Source: Reclinomonas americana ATCC 50394 (taxonomy: Eukaryota). From it: a stretch of DNA of 64,000 nt. The notes under the pieces were generated by a model. It had not been told where the DNA came from, ran no database searches, and saw only the letters and a program-made list of their open reading frames with translations. Positions 1-19,143 of this stretch are shown one piece after another. The DNA lies in assembly GCA_048213135.1 (NCBI GenBank), contig PS015032.1, positions 144,096 to 208,095 of the forward strand, written 5' to 3'. Position numbers and translations under genes: made by a program. Numbering within the stretch: position 1 is the stretch's first letter; each line of letters starts with the position of its first letter.

Positions 1-651
1 GAGTGGAAAGAGTGTGTGTGTGTGGAGGAAATGTACGATCAGCACGCTTGCTCTTGCACACACACAGCCTCACTGTTCTCGATCTCTGCGTTTGCTGCTG
101 CTGCTGCTCCTCTGCAGACCACTGTGTGTGCTCCACAGTGAAATGCACAACTTTCGTTTCAGTGCTTTCGTCCCAAAAGCAGCGCAACGGTCATCCGTGA
201 AAATTTCGCGGCAAAAAGGGCGTCGGCCATTTCAAATCCGTGCGAAAGTCTGTGTTGCGCGCAGGTGTGCCTTAACTTACACGCACTCGCACCTCTTTCT
301 ATGTGTGTTCTCTCTATGTGTGCATGTGCGTGTGTGCGTGTGTTGTTTGCGCGTTTGTGTGCTTGTGTGTCACATGGCTCAAATCCGTTCACACACTTTG
401 TTAACACGCACAAGCACGCGCACACTGTGTGTGTAAGACGCACTCAAGCAGTGTGTGAGAGTGAGTGAGTGAGTTGAGCACACACTCTTTGATTTGTGTG
501 AAATGGAGTCTTCAGTGGCACGTGTCGGCGTGACTGGCGCACAACTTTCCACACGCACACACACCCCACTCACACGTGTTCACGCGTGTCATTGCCCACA
601 CACACACACACACAGGTCTCTCTCTCTTTCGCGTTTTCTTCAGCAGTGGAC

Positions 652-8815
<8,164 letters not shown>

Positions 8816-9266
8816 TAAGTAGGAGAGAGGGGGAAGTGAGTGTAGGGAAGGGAGAAAGGGAGGAAAAGTGGCTGAAAAGTGAACGAGGCGTATTTGCGGA
8901 AATCGCATGAATAGCAGAGCACGCAGGCCACTCGTCCAGTAGTACCACCACACACGTGCACGTACACATCAAGTCTCACTCCTCCTTTTTATGAGCCACT
9001 GACAATTGCGTCGTAGTCGTCCGCCGGAAATGAACAGGAGCAAAGCTGTCATTTTCTGCCGGGTTCTATTGATTTCTTGGTGTGTTGTTGCGCCACTGCC
9101 ACTGCACAGTGTGCATCAAGACGGGACAAGAAGTGAAAGAGAGGAAGAGGCGTGACGCAGGAGCAGCGTGTGATACAGTGAGGTGAGTGCTGAGTGTGTT
9201 TGCGGGAGAGTGAGTGTGTGCTGCGAGTTGTTGTCATCTGACACTTGCGATGCAGCAGTCGGGATC

Positions 9267-12200
9267 ATGTCTTCTCCTTCAGCACTGGAGCGCAGACCTG
9301 GGTCGAGAGCATCCGACGTGCCGTCGATCGCAGGGTACGTCGCTATTGGGCCTCTTCCAGTCACACTCCGAGGGCATGCAGTGGACCAACTGTGTGTCGG
9401 CAGGGAAAAGACTGCACAAGTCAAGGAACGTGTGCGATTGACATTGGCCAGCTTTCGTGCTGAGGAAAAGGACAAGCTCAGCGCCGACGAACTCTCCATG
9501 CTTGTCAAGGTCGTCTGTTTGCTCAAGGAGATGCAGTTTACCATGGACGAGCTTGTGCACGACATGGTGGATGCCTACGAGGACATTACGAGACTGACTA
9601 CCAGGGCCAATGACGCGGAGCTCAACTTGGTAGAGAGCCACCGATTGACTGCAGCTCTGAGCCAGCAAGTGGCGGAGGCCAATGTCCGATACATGACGCT
9701 GCAGGCTGAGCATTCAGCGGCAACGAGGAGTTCCGCGAGCGAGGCCAACAGGCTGCTTGAAGAAATCTCGCGACTGAAAAGCCGTTTGAGCTGGGCTGAG
9801 CCACGATCGACGACAACATGGAGCGAGACGGCCATTGGAGATGGTGGAGTTTTGAGTTCTGTGCGAGCCGAGCTCGCGACTGAGCGCGAGAGGACTTCTC
9901 GGCTGGTCGCAGAACTCGACAAGGTGCGACTGCAGGCATACCAGTACAATCTACAAGTGGAGGCGTTAAGCAGCACGCAACAAGAGGCGAGGCGCGAGGC
10001 GGACTCGATGAAGGCTGCGGTCAGCTCCGCGGAGCTGGCGATGGCCAAGATGCACTCCGAGAAGGTGGCTGCACTGAAGGAGGCCAAGGATGCGATGGAG
10101 CAGACGAGGACGGAGCTACACCACAAGCGAGCGGCGTTGGAGGCAGCCGAAACAATGATCGTGCAGCTCTGCGCCAATGTTACCTCTGTGAAGGAGCAGC
10201 TTGCAGCTAAGGCAAGTGTGGTGGCTTCGCTGACGACGATGCTGAATGAGGGCGAGCGACGGGTCGCGGAGCTGACGGACGAGGTGGAGAAGTTGAAGGC
10301 CGAGCTCACAACCGCGCGCGAGGAGGCCACTGCGAAGCAAATCGCAGTGGAGACGGCTAGCGAGCAGGCAGTGGCGACGCATGCAGCGGAGGTCGATCGG
10401 CTGGCTGCCGAGCTTGCGGCCACACGCATGGAGGCTGACTCGAAGCAAGCGGCCTTCGAGAAGGAAAACCAGCGGGTGGCGGAGCTGAAGCAAGCGGTTG
10501 AGCGCCTGACTGCGGAGCTTGCGGCCAAGAACGCAGAGGCCGCTGCAAAGCAGATCGAGAAGGAGGGCGTCGACCTCCATGTGACGAAGCTGACGGAGTT
10601 GGTGGCAACGCTCACCGCTGATGCCCCTCGACTGCGACACCTTGTTGCGCTCCTGCATGCCGCAGCGGAAATGAAGGACAAGCAGCTCGAGGTCAAGGGC
10701 AACGAAGTGGACGAGTTGACGCGCGAGCTCGAAGAGGCGACGGCCCAGCTGGCTCGTCTGGCTATCACGACTACTTGCGAGGCGGTCGTCGAGGTGGACG
10801 AGCTGGCGTACGAAGCAGCCGTGATCCCACTTGGCGGCGACGAGACGATGGACGAGGCGAAGAAGGAGGCGCCGATTGGCGACGACGGCGCTGGCGTTGA
10901 TGCGTTTGGCACCCTGGAGCAACAACTCCGAGAGGAGCGAGCTCGAATGGAGCAGCTGCTGCTACGTCTTGCGGCGGTGACTGCCGAGAAGGACGAGAAA
11001 GTTCGTCAGGCGAATGAGTTTCTTCAGCATGCCGAAGGACTGATTGCGGTGCTTGAGGAAGCCACCGAACGCGAGACTCAGCTGAAGGACACTCAGACGC
11101 AACTCAGCACCGAGCTGAACGACATCAATCAACAACTTGTGGCCGAGCGCCAGACGTCGGCTCAGTTGTCTGCCGAACTCCAACGCGTCCAGGAACAGTC
11201 TGCGACTCAGGTGGACGAGCTCAGCGCCGAAGTCGAACGGCTCAACGCCGCCATGGAGGCACAGCGTGTTGCTGCCGCGCAGAAGGTGGCACAGCTCAAC
11301 GACGAGGTGTCGCGACTCATGTCAGACTTCGAGCAGCAGCAATTGGAGTGGTCGGTGAAGGTGGCCAACGTGACCGGTGAATTGCAGGCGGCGCGGACGA
11401 CTGCCGCCGAGGCGGCGCAGCATTCGGTGGATCTGGAGGCTGCCAAGCGTGAACTGGAGGCCATCAGGCATCTGGCTTCGGAGACTGTTTCGCAGCTGCG
11501 CAGCGAGCTGGAGGAGATCAGGGAGTCTCACCAAGCACTTGCCGACCAATCGGCGGATGAGCGGCGAGCTGCGGCTGCAACTGTCGTGGAACTCAATAAC
11601 AAGCTGGAGGCTCAACAACTTTTGCTGGCGTCCCAGAGCGAGGGTACAAACTCCGTGGTGGCACAGCTTACCGGAAAGGTGGAGGAACTCCAGCTCCAAC
11701 TACAACTGGTGAACACTGAGCGGGATCAACTTCGTGACGAACTCGAGACAACCAAGTTGCAGTCGGGCGTGCAGGCTGTACACTTGGAAACGGCTACCGC
11801 CCGAGTGGTACAAGTAGAGACCGACTTGGGACGGCTCAGCGGCGAACTCAGTTCCTGTCAGCAACGTGAGGCGCAGCTCAACAGCGAGGTGGAGAGACTC
11901 AAGGGCGAACTCAGCGGCAGTAAGCAGTGTGAGGCACAGCTCAATGACAAACTCAGTGCCAGCCAGCAGCGAGAGGAGCAGCTCAATGCCGACGTGGTGC
12001 GACTCGGTGACGAACTCAGCGAGAGTCAGCAACGCGAGAAGCAACTCACCGCCGACGTGGAGCGTCTCAATGGCAAGCTCAGAGCCAGTCAACACCGGGA
12101 GGAGGAGCTCATTGCCGACGTGGAGCGGCTCAATGGCGAGCTCAGCGCCAGTCGGCAGAGTGAAGAGAGGCTCAACGGCGAGGTGAAGCAGCTCAATGGC

Positions 12201-14471
12201 GAACTCAGCGACAGTCGCCAGCGAGAGGAGGAGCTCGCAGCCGACGTGGAGCGTCTCAGCGGCAAACTCACCAACAGTCGGCAACGTGAGGAGGAACTCG
12301 ATGCCGACGTGGAGCAGCTCACTGCCAACCTGGAGCGACTCAATGGCGAACTCACCAACAGTCGGCAACGTGAGGAGGAACTCGATGCCGACGTGGAGCA
12401 GCTCACTGCCAACCTGGAGCGACTCAATGACGAACTGAGTGCCAGTCAGCAGCGTGAGGCGCAGCTCACTGGCGAGCTCAGCGACTGTCGGCAACGTGAG
12501 GAGGAGCTCAACGCCAACGTGGAGCGACTCAACGGCGAGCTCCGCAACAGTCAGGAGCGAGAGGCCGAGCTCACTGCCAACGTGGAGCGTCTCAATGACG
12601 ACCTCAGCGCCAGCCAGCAGCGGGAGGCACACCTCACTGCCGACGTGCAGCAGCTCAATGGCGAGCTCACTACCAGTCAGCGACGTGAGGAGGAGCTCGA
12701 CGCCAACGTGGAGCGACTCAACGGCGAGGCCCGCGTAAGTCAGGAGCGAGAGGCTGAGCTCACCGCCGACGTGGCGCGACTCAATGGCGAACTCAGCGGC
12801 AGCCAGCAGCGTGAGGCACAGCTCACCACCGACGTGGAGCGACTCACTGCCAACGTGGAAGGACTCAATGGCGAGCTCAGTGCCAGTCAGCAGCGAGAGG
12901 AACAACTCACTGCCAACGTGGAGCAACTCACGAGCAAGCTCAGCGCCTGTCAGCAGCGAGAGGCACAGCTCACTGCCAACGTGGAGCAGCTCAACGGCGA
13001 GCTCAGTGCCAGTCAGCAGCGTGAGGCGCAGCTCGATGGCGAGATGGCGCGACTCAATCACGAACTCAGCGACAGTCGGCATCGAGAGGCACAGCTCACC
13101 GCCAACGTGGAGGGACTTACTTGCGAACTCAACGACAGCCACAAGCGCGAGAAGCAGCTCACCACCGACGTGGAGCAGCTCAGCGGCGACCTCAGCGCCA
13201 GTCAGCAGCGTGAGGCACAGCTCACCGCCAACGTGGAGGGCCTCAGTGGCGAACTCAGCGACAGTCAGCTGCGAGAGGAGCAGCTGGCCGCTGACCTGCG
13301 GGCGGCACGCGAGACAGCAGCATTCACGGAGTCCCGCCTCAGCGCCGAGCTGGAGGCCGTCAAGGAGAAGCTGACCGCCGAGCACGCGACCGCAGTGCAC
13401 CTGGGCAACGAACTGGCCACATGCCGCCAACAACTGACAGCCGTCCAGGTCGAGACGACCAAGCTGCAAGTCGACCTCGGCCAGCAGGTGTCGGCAGTGA
13501 ATAAGAGCCGACACGAGCTGGAATCGGAGAAGCTCGAGCATCAGCGCACAATCAAGCTCATCGCCCAGCTGCAGGAGCAAGTGGTCAGCGAGAAGCGTCA
13601 ATTGGAGGCCCGTGCGGCGGAGCTGGAGCGGGAACGGGAGCAGCACGCCAGGGATCGAGCTCAGCTCGAGCAGCTCACGTCACAACTGGCTGCTGCACAG
13701 CGGGAGCACGAGTCGCTCAACGCAGACCTGGTGGCCGCGCAGCGAGAGCACCAGGTATGACTGTTTGTAGAGATCTCTCCCCTTCTCCCTGGTGCTTACT
13801 GTCTCCTGTGCAGCGAGCGATCCAGACCCTCTCTGCCCACCATGAACGACACACAACTGTCAACAATGAGTTGTCCAGGGAGCAAACGGCGCGATCGGCG
13901 GCCGAGACGGAACTCGCTGCGGTCAAGCAGCAGTTGCAGGTGCGTGTACTTGTAGGATTTACCTCCCCTTCTTTCCTAACACCCAGTGCTCGCAGACGGT
14001 CACCGACGAGTTGCAAAGGGTCACCGGAGAGTTGCAGCTGGCCAAAAACGAGCTGCAGACAGCCAACGAGGAGCTGGCGACACGCTCCACCCAACTCGAT
14101 GCCGCGCAGTCGTCGGCCGGCGAGCAGGCCGGTCGACAGGAGGCACTGACAACTGAGTTGCAGCAGCTGAACACTGAGATGCAGCGACTGCGAGAGGAAG
14201 GAGAGCGCCTCAGCGTGCGTACCACTCCCTTTCTCCTCTTCCCTTCGTGACCGCAGCTGACCCGAGTGTGCCTGTGCAGGATGTGATTTCCAAGCAGCAA
14301 GCGGTGATTCGCACGACGAACGATGCACGCCACGAGCTGCGGCAAGCCGCGCAAGAGTTGTGCAAGCAGCTGCGCCAGCAGTTGGCTGGCAGCAGTGGCG
14401 ACGACAGGGACACAACGGCCGACAAGCTGGTCCGCCAGCTCGCGCCGGCGGCCGCGACGCCACCATCATGA
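9267..14471 (+). CDS. Very long (~1,670 aa) coiled-coil protein with internal 21/28-aa tandem repeats; function unknown
   Basis: ATG at 9267 after a probable 5'UTR intron. A 4.5 kb open exon is followed by three small exons (~13814-13939, ~13996-14214, 14279-14471). Sequence is heptad-rich in E/L/Q/A. Confidence 0.85.
11830..13290 (+). repeat. Coding minisatellite with 63/84-nt units (LNGELSASQQREAQLTANVER)
   Basis: About 20 in-frame imperfect copies of ctcaatggcgagctcagcgccagtcagcagcgtgaggcacagctcactgccaacgtggagcga. Confidence 0.9.
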
Positions 14472-14759
14472 GAGAGAGAGAGAGAGTAAACTAAAGTGCA
14501 ATGAATTCAGGCTGGAAGGGGTACAAGTTGCAGAAGAGTGGAGCATCCTGCAAGGACGCGAGGGCCTTAAGGATAGACTCGTGGGAGAGAGTGAGAAACA
14601 GAGTCCCGAATAACGTCCATCGCAGCGGGGTGGGGGGGGGGGGGTGGCGTACGATGGCTCTCACAGGTGTAAAAAACACTGACAGACTCAAGATGCACAA
14701 GTCCGTGTGCAGTTGCAACAAGCATGCGTTGTGATACCCGAGCAGTGAGGGGGAATAGC

Positions 14760-15500
14760 GGAGGAAAGGAATCGGCGAAGACACTGAAGGGAACTGCATG
14801 TACACACCAAGTGCTGTCTCGCAAACAGAGTCAATCTAGTGGAGAAGCAGGGAAGACACTGAAGGGACTTCACATGTTCACACCAAGTGCTTTTCTTTTT
14901 ACAATCGACACCACATCTCGCTTCACAAACACAGTCAATCTAGTGGAGGAAAGGAAGCGGGGAAGACTCAGAAGGGAACTGCAGCGTATACACCAAGTGC
15001 TGTTCTTTTTACAATCAACCACCTCGTCTCGCTTGCCTCACAGACATAGTCAATCTAGTGGAGGAAAGGAAGCAGGGAAGACACTGAAGGGAACTGCATG
15101 TACACACCAAGTGCTGCTCTTTTTACAATCGACACCTCATCTCGCTTGCCTCACAAACATAGTCAATATTAATCTTGTGGAGGAAAGGAAGCGGGGAAGA
15201 CACTTCACATGTGCACACCAAGTGCTGTTCTTTTTACACCTCGTCTCGCTTGCCTCACAAACAGAGTCAATCTAGTGGAGGAAAGGAAGCGGGGAAGACA
15301 CTGAAGGGAACTGCAGTGTACACACCAAGTGCTGTTCTTTTTACAATCGACACCTCGTCTCGCTTGCCTCACAAACATAGTCAATCTAGAGGAGGGAAGG
15401 AAGCGGGGAAGACTCTGCAGAGACCTCAGATGTTCACACCAAGTGCTGCTCTTTTTACAATCGACACCTCATCTCGCTTGCCTCACAAACATAGTCAATC
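14760..15500. repeat. Tandem repeat, ~115-125 bp unit, ~6-7 copies, between convergent gene 3' ends
   Basis: Recurring ggaggaaaggaagcggggaagacactgaagggaactgca…cacaccaagtgctg…tttttacaatcgacacctc…cacaaacatagtcaatctagt. Confidence 0.9.
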
Positions 15501-15663
15501 TGAACGAACTCGTCCCTTGCACGCATGAAGGGAGACCGTGAAGTGCGGCCTGTTGTCGAGTCGTCAAATATCACACGATTGGCGCGACCTCGGAAAGATC
15601 ACGCCAAGAAAAAAACAGAGGACAGGAGAGACGGGCAACGCTCACACCGCAGTGCGAGCCGGC

Positions 15664-17100
15664 TTACGATCATCCACCGGTGCTGCACATCTCCGGTGCG
15701 CTCATGTCCATGTGACGAGGATTGCGACGGCCGAATCCGCCACCACCGCCACCGCCGCCACCGCCGCCGCCGCTACTGCCGTAGCCGCTGCTCAGACCGC
15801 TTCTCTTGGCGAAGGGGGCGGGAGTGTCGGGCTGTGGGGCGGGGGAAAGTGGTAAGGAGAGGGAAAGGAGGGGGACAAGCGGGGAGGAGGGGGAAACGGA
15901 GAAGAAACAAGGGGAGAAAATAAGAAGAGAAGGAGGACGAGAAGGACTGAGAATAAAAGAGAAACTTGAGAACAGGGAGGATGGAGAAGGGGGAGAAGGG
16001 AGGTAAAGCAGCAACAAGAAGAGGTGGCAAGCAAACGAATGCAACAAGGTCGGGAAAGGGTTGGAGGAAGAGGGTGTACGCAACAACTAGAAGAGGAGGA
16101 ACAAACAATGACAGGAAGCTTGTGTTGACGTGGCACAGTGAGAGTAGGAGGAAGGGAGATGAAGAATTGATGCGGAGAAGGTTGAGGACAGGGAGGATGA
16201 GGCGAACACGAGAAGCGAGGATAGAGGTCGAGTAATACAAGCGGATGATGAGCTCTGACGCACGCCAAAGGGAGAGGAGGATAAGAAGGAGAAGAAGAAC
16301 GAGCGACTCAGCAAACACGAAATAAGATGAGGAAACACGGGCGTCAGCTGAAGCCTGGGGAGAGAGAGAGGAGAAGCAGGTGGAGTCGAATGAGAAGAAA
16401 GGTGACGAAAAACAAGAAGGAGATGGAGGAGGAAGGACAGTGAGGAGAACAGCAAGAGAAGGAGGCTGAGTGAAAGAAGAGGATAAGAAGAAACTGAACA
16501 AACATGCAGACACCGAACGAGAGGACGCATCCACGAGACAACTGCCTGGCGAAGAGAAGAGAGAAATGAAGATAAAGACCCTTGAAGATAATGAGGGAGA
16601 GATGAGTGTGGAAACGGTGAGCACAGGGAGGATGAGAAGGACAAGAAGATGTGTCGAAAAGGAGGGTGAGAGAGGGAGACAAAAACAGGGACGTGTTTTG
16701 CCAAGAGAAGTGAACGGCAACACGGAGAGAGGGAACGCGAACGGCAGATTGACAAACCAGACAGATGAGTATTCTAACAGAAGAGAGTCCAGCCAACAGC
16801 AACGTACAGAATGGCAGGGAGCACTTCAGAACGACACAAGGAGAAGAAGATGAGCTCTGACACACGCTGACAGACAAGGAGACAAGCTGAGTTGTCCATT
16901 GCACGCAACGTAGAACAGCGTGTACACACTGTGCGCACAACATCTCAAGTCAGCAACCACGTCTGTTACAGACAGGCAGACACTCAAAGGAGTGAGAACG
17001 CAACAAGTGCCACACGGCGTTGATAATGGCCCACAGAAGCGACAACGGGTGCGTCAACCACCACGTCAGTGGGCGCCGACTCTGCAATCGCCCTGTGTGA

Positions 17101-17143
<43 letters not shown>

Positions 17144-17192
17144 GAGGAGGAGGAGGGAAGGGGAAGGGGAGGGGAGGAGAGAGAGAGAGGAG

Positions 17193-17226
<34 letters not shown>

Positions 17227-17883
17227 GAGAGGACGACGAACGAACGTACGTACTACGTTCGTCGTCTCTCTCTCTCACACACAACAACAAACGAACGTAG
17301 TAGTAGGAGAGNNNNNNNNNNNNNNNNNNNNNNNNNNNNNNNNNNNNNNNNNNNNNNNNNNNNNNNNNNNNNNNNNNNNNNNNNNNNNNNNNNNNNNNNN
17401 NNNNNNNNNNNNNNNNNNNNNNNNNNNNNNNNNNNNNNNNNNNNNNNNNNNNNNNNNNNNNNNNNNNNNNNNNNNNNNNNNNNNNNNNNNNNNNNNNNNN
17501 NNNNNNNNNNNNNNNNNNNNNNNNNNNNNNNNNNNNNNNNNNNNNNNNNNNNNNNNNNNNNNNNNNNNNNNNNNNNNNNNNNNNNNNNNNNNNNNNNNNN
17601 NNNNNNNNNNNNNNNNNNNNNNNNNNNNNNNNNNNNNNNNNNNNNNNNNNNNNNNNNNNNNNNNNNNNNNNNNNNNNNNNNNNNNNNNNNNNNNNNNNNN
17701 NNNNNNNNNNNNNNNNNNNNNNNNNNNNNNNNNNNNNNNNNNNNNNNNNNNNNNNNNNNNNNNNNNNNGAAGAGAGAAGAAGAGGAGAGAAAGAAGAGAG
17801 AGAGAGAGAATCATTCTCTCTCACTCACTCTCTCTCTCTTTCCCTACCACACAGAGCGACACGCGAGACGAGCGAATACACAT

Positions 17884-17914
<31 letters not shown>

Positions 17915-18059
17915 ACGCACACACAGACAAGTGACAGAAGAAAGATGCGAGAGAGCGAATTAGCTGTGAGAGCGAAAAGTGAGTGGGAGAGACAGAGAGA
18001 AGGAGAGAACACTCACTCACTCACTCAATCGCACGTTACACACCATCGATGACGACCAT
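15664..18059 (-). CDS. SELENOK: Selenoprotein K-like protein (SelK/SelG family), 96 aa, in-frame UGA read as Sec at the penultimate codon
   Basis: Exons 18059-18044, 17092-17005, 16928-16910 and 15831-15664 splice in phase (GT-AG). Product: MVVIDGRLQSRRPLTWWLTHPLSLLWAIINAVWHFVYTLFYPDTPAPFAKRSGLSSGYGSS(G)12FGRRNPRHMDMSAPEMCSTGG-TGA-S-TAA. Single TM helix, Gly-rich tail and GG-U near the C-terminus, as in SelK. Confidence 0.85.
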
Positions 18060-19143
18060 TCTCGTCTCGATGTCGCGCACAAAAACGAATTCCACGTGTC
18101 CTGTGCCACAAACTGAATCTGTGACGTCAGCAAAAGCTCACGTGGCTTTGGTCTGCGTGGGTGGAGTTGGTTAACTGGGCATGCAGCTTCTGTGGCAGGC
18201 CGGGGCTCGTGAGTTGAAAACATGCAAGCAAACGTCGATCGCGAATCGCGAAGTCAACTACAAACTGCTCCGTGGGCAGCCTTGCGCCATGCCTCGCTGC
18301 AGCTGACTGCGTGCTTGTGCACACTCACGATGAGTTGGCGAGTGATAGCAAAGTCCTTGTTGCCGATGCATTGCTCCAGGCGACGCGCGCCGCAATTCGA
18401 TCGAAGTCGAACACCGGGCTTCCGCTGTCGACATGCCAAGTGCTGCAGTCATGGATGCGGTGGGCACTAGTGGGACACATGCTGATAACTCTTCGCGAAT
18501 CAGCACAGTCGTTGCTGCTGCAGCGCCGTGGTTTCTCCTGCAAAAACGCCACGGCCAGCATGTAGCCATCTCGACTTTTTCTCGCTCTTTTTCGTGGTGT
18601 TTCAGTTTGTGGTGCTCGCTCAAGATGGTGATCAGCATGCAGCTGTTTGCTTACAGTTTAACGCAGAAAACGCTATGCGTCTATGCAAGTGCGTCAAATC
18701 CACTGGTCAACCACGCTTATGCGGTGAAGATCGCAGTTCTCGACTTGTTCGGAGCTCCGAGATCGAGCGAACACACACACACAAGGAACCTGCTGCTGCC
18801 TCAAGATTGGTGTCTGTGTTGATGTTTTGGAAACGGTTGAACTTGGTCATCAAGACAGCTGTTGCTTGTTTGTTGCTGCTGCAGCCATTGCATCGACCTC
18901 GATATCACAAATTCGAACACACGCTTCACATATCGAGATCGATGCACTTCACTGGCGTCTCGTGTACAGTGAATACAAGTAAGAAGCACGACGCAAGCTG
19001 CTGCACGCATCACACACACAACACGTAGCCAGTATTTCGCTCGTCGTTCGCGCGCCAATGCGATGATGACTCATCGATGGTTGACGGTTGCAGCTTATCT
19101 CATCACACCGACATTACTCACTCNNNNNNNNNNNNNNNNNNNN

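Noticed and set aside
11700-13646. 648-aa antisense ORF (also 9575-10912 and 25384-26486)
   Set aside because: Shadow ORFs of GC-rich repetitive coiled-coil exons
9267-14471. SMC or myosin assignment
   Set aside because: No ATPase head, hinge or motor motifs seen
14760-15500. Repeat array with 117-183 aa ORFs
   Set aside because: Whole units repeat with frame-breaking indels; no spacers and no coding signal
15502-15565. Hammerhead ribozyme or tRNA
   Set aside because: Lacks the CUGANGA/GAAA core and cloverleaf/T-loop motifs
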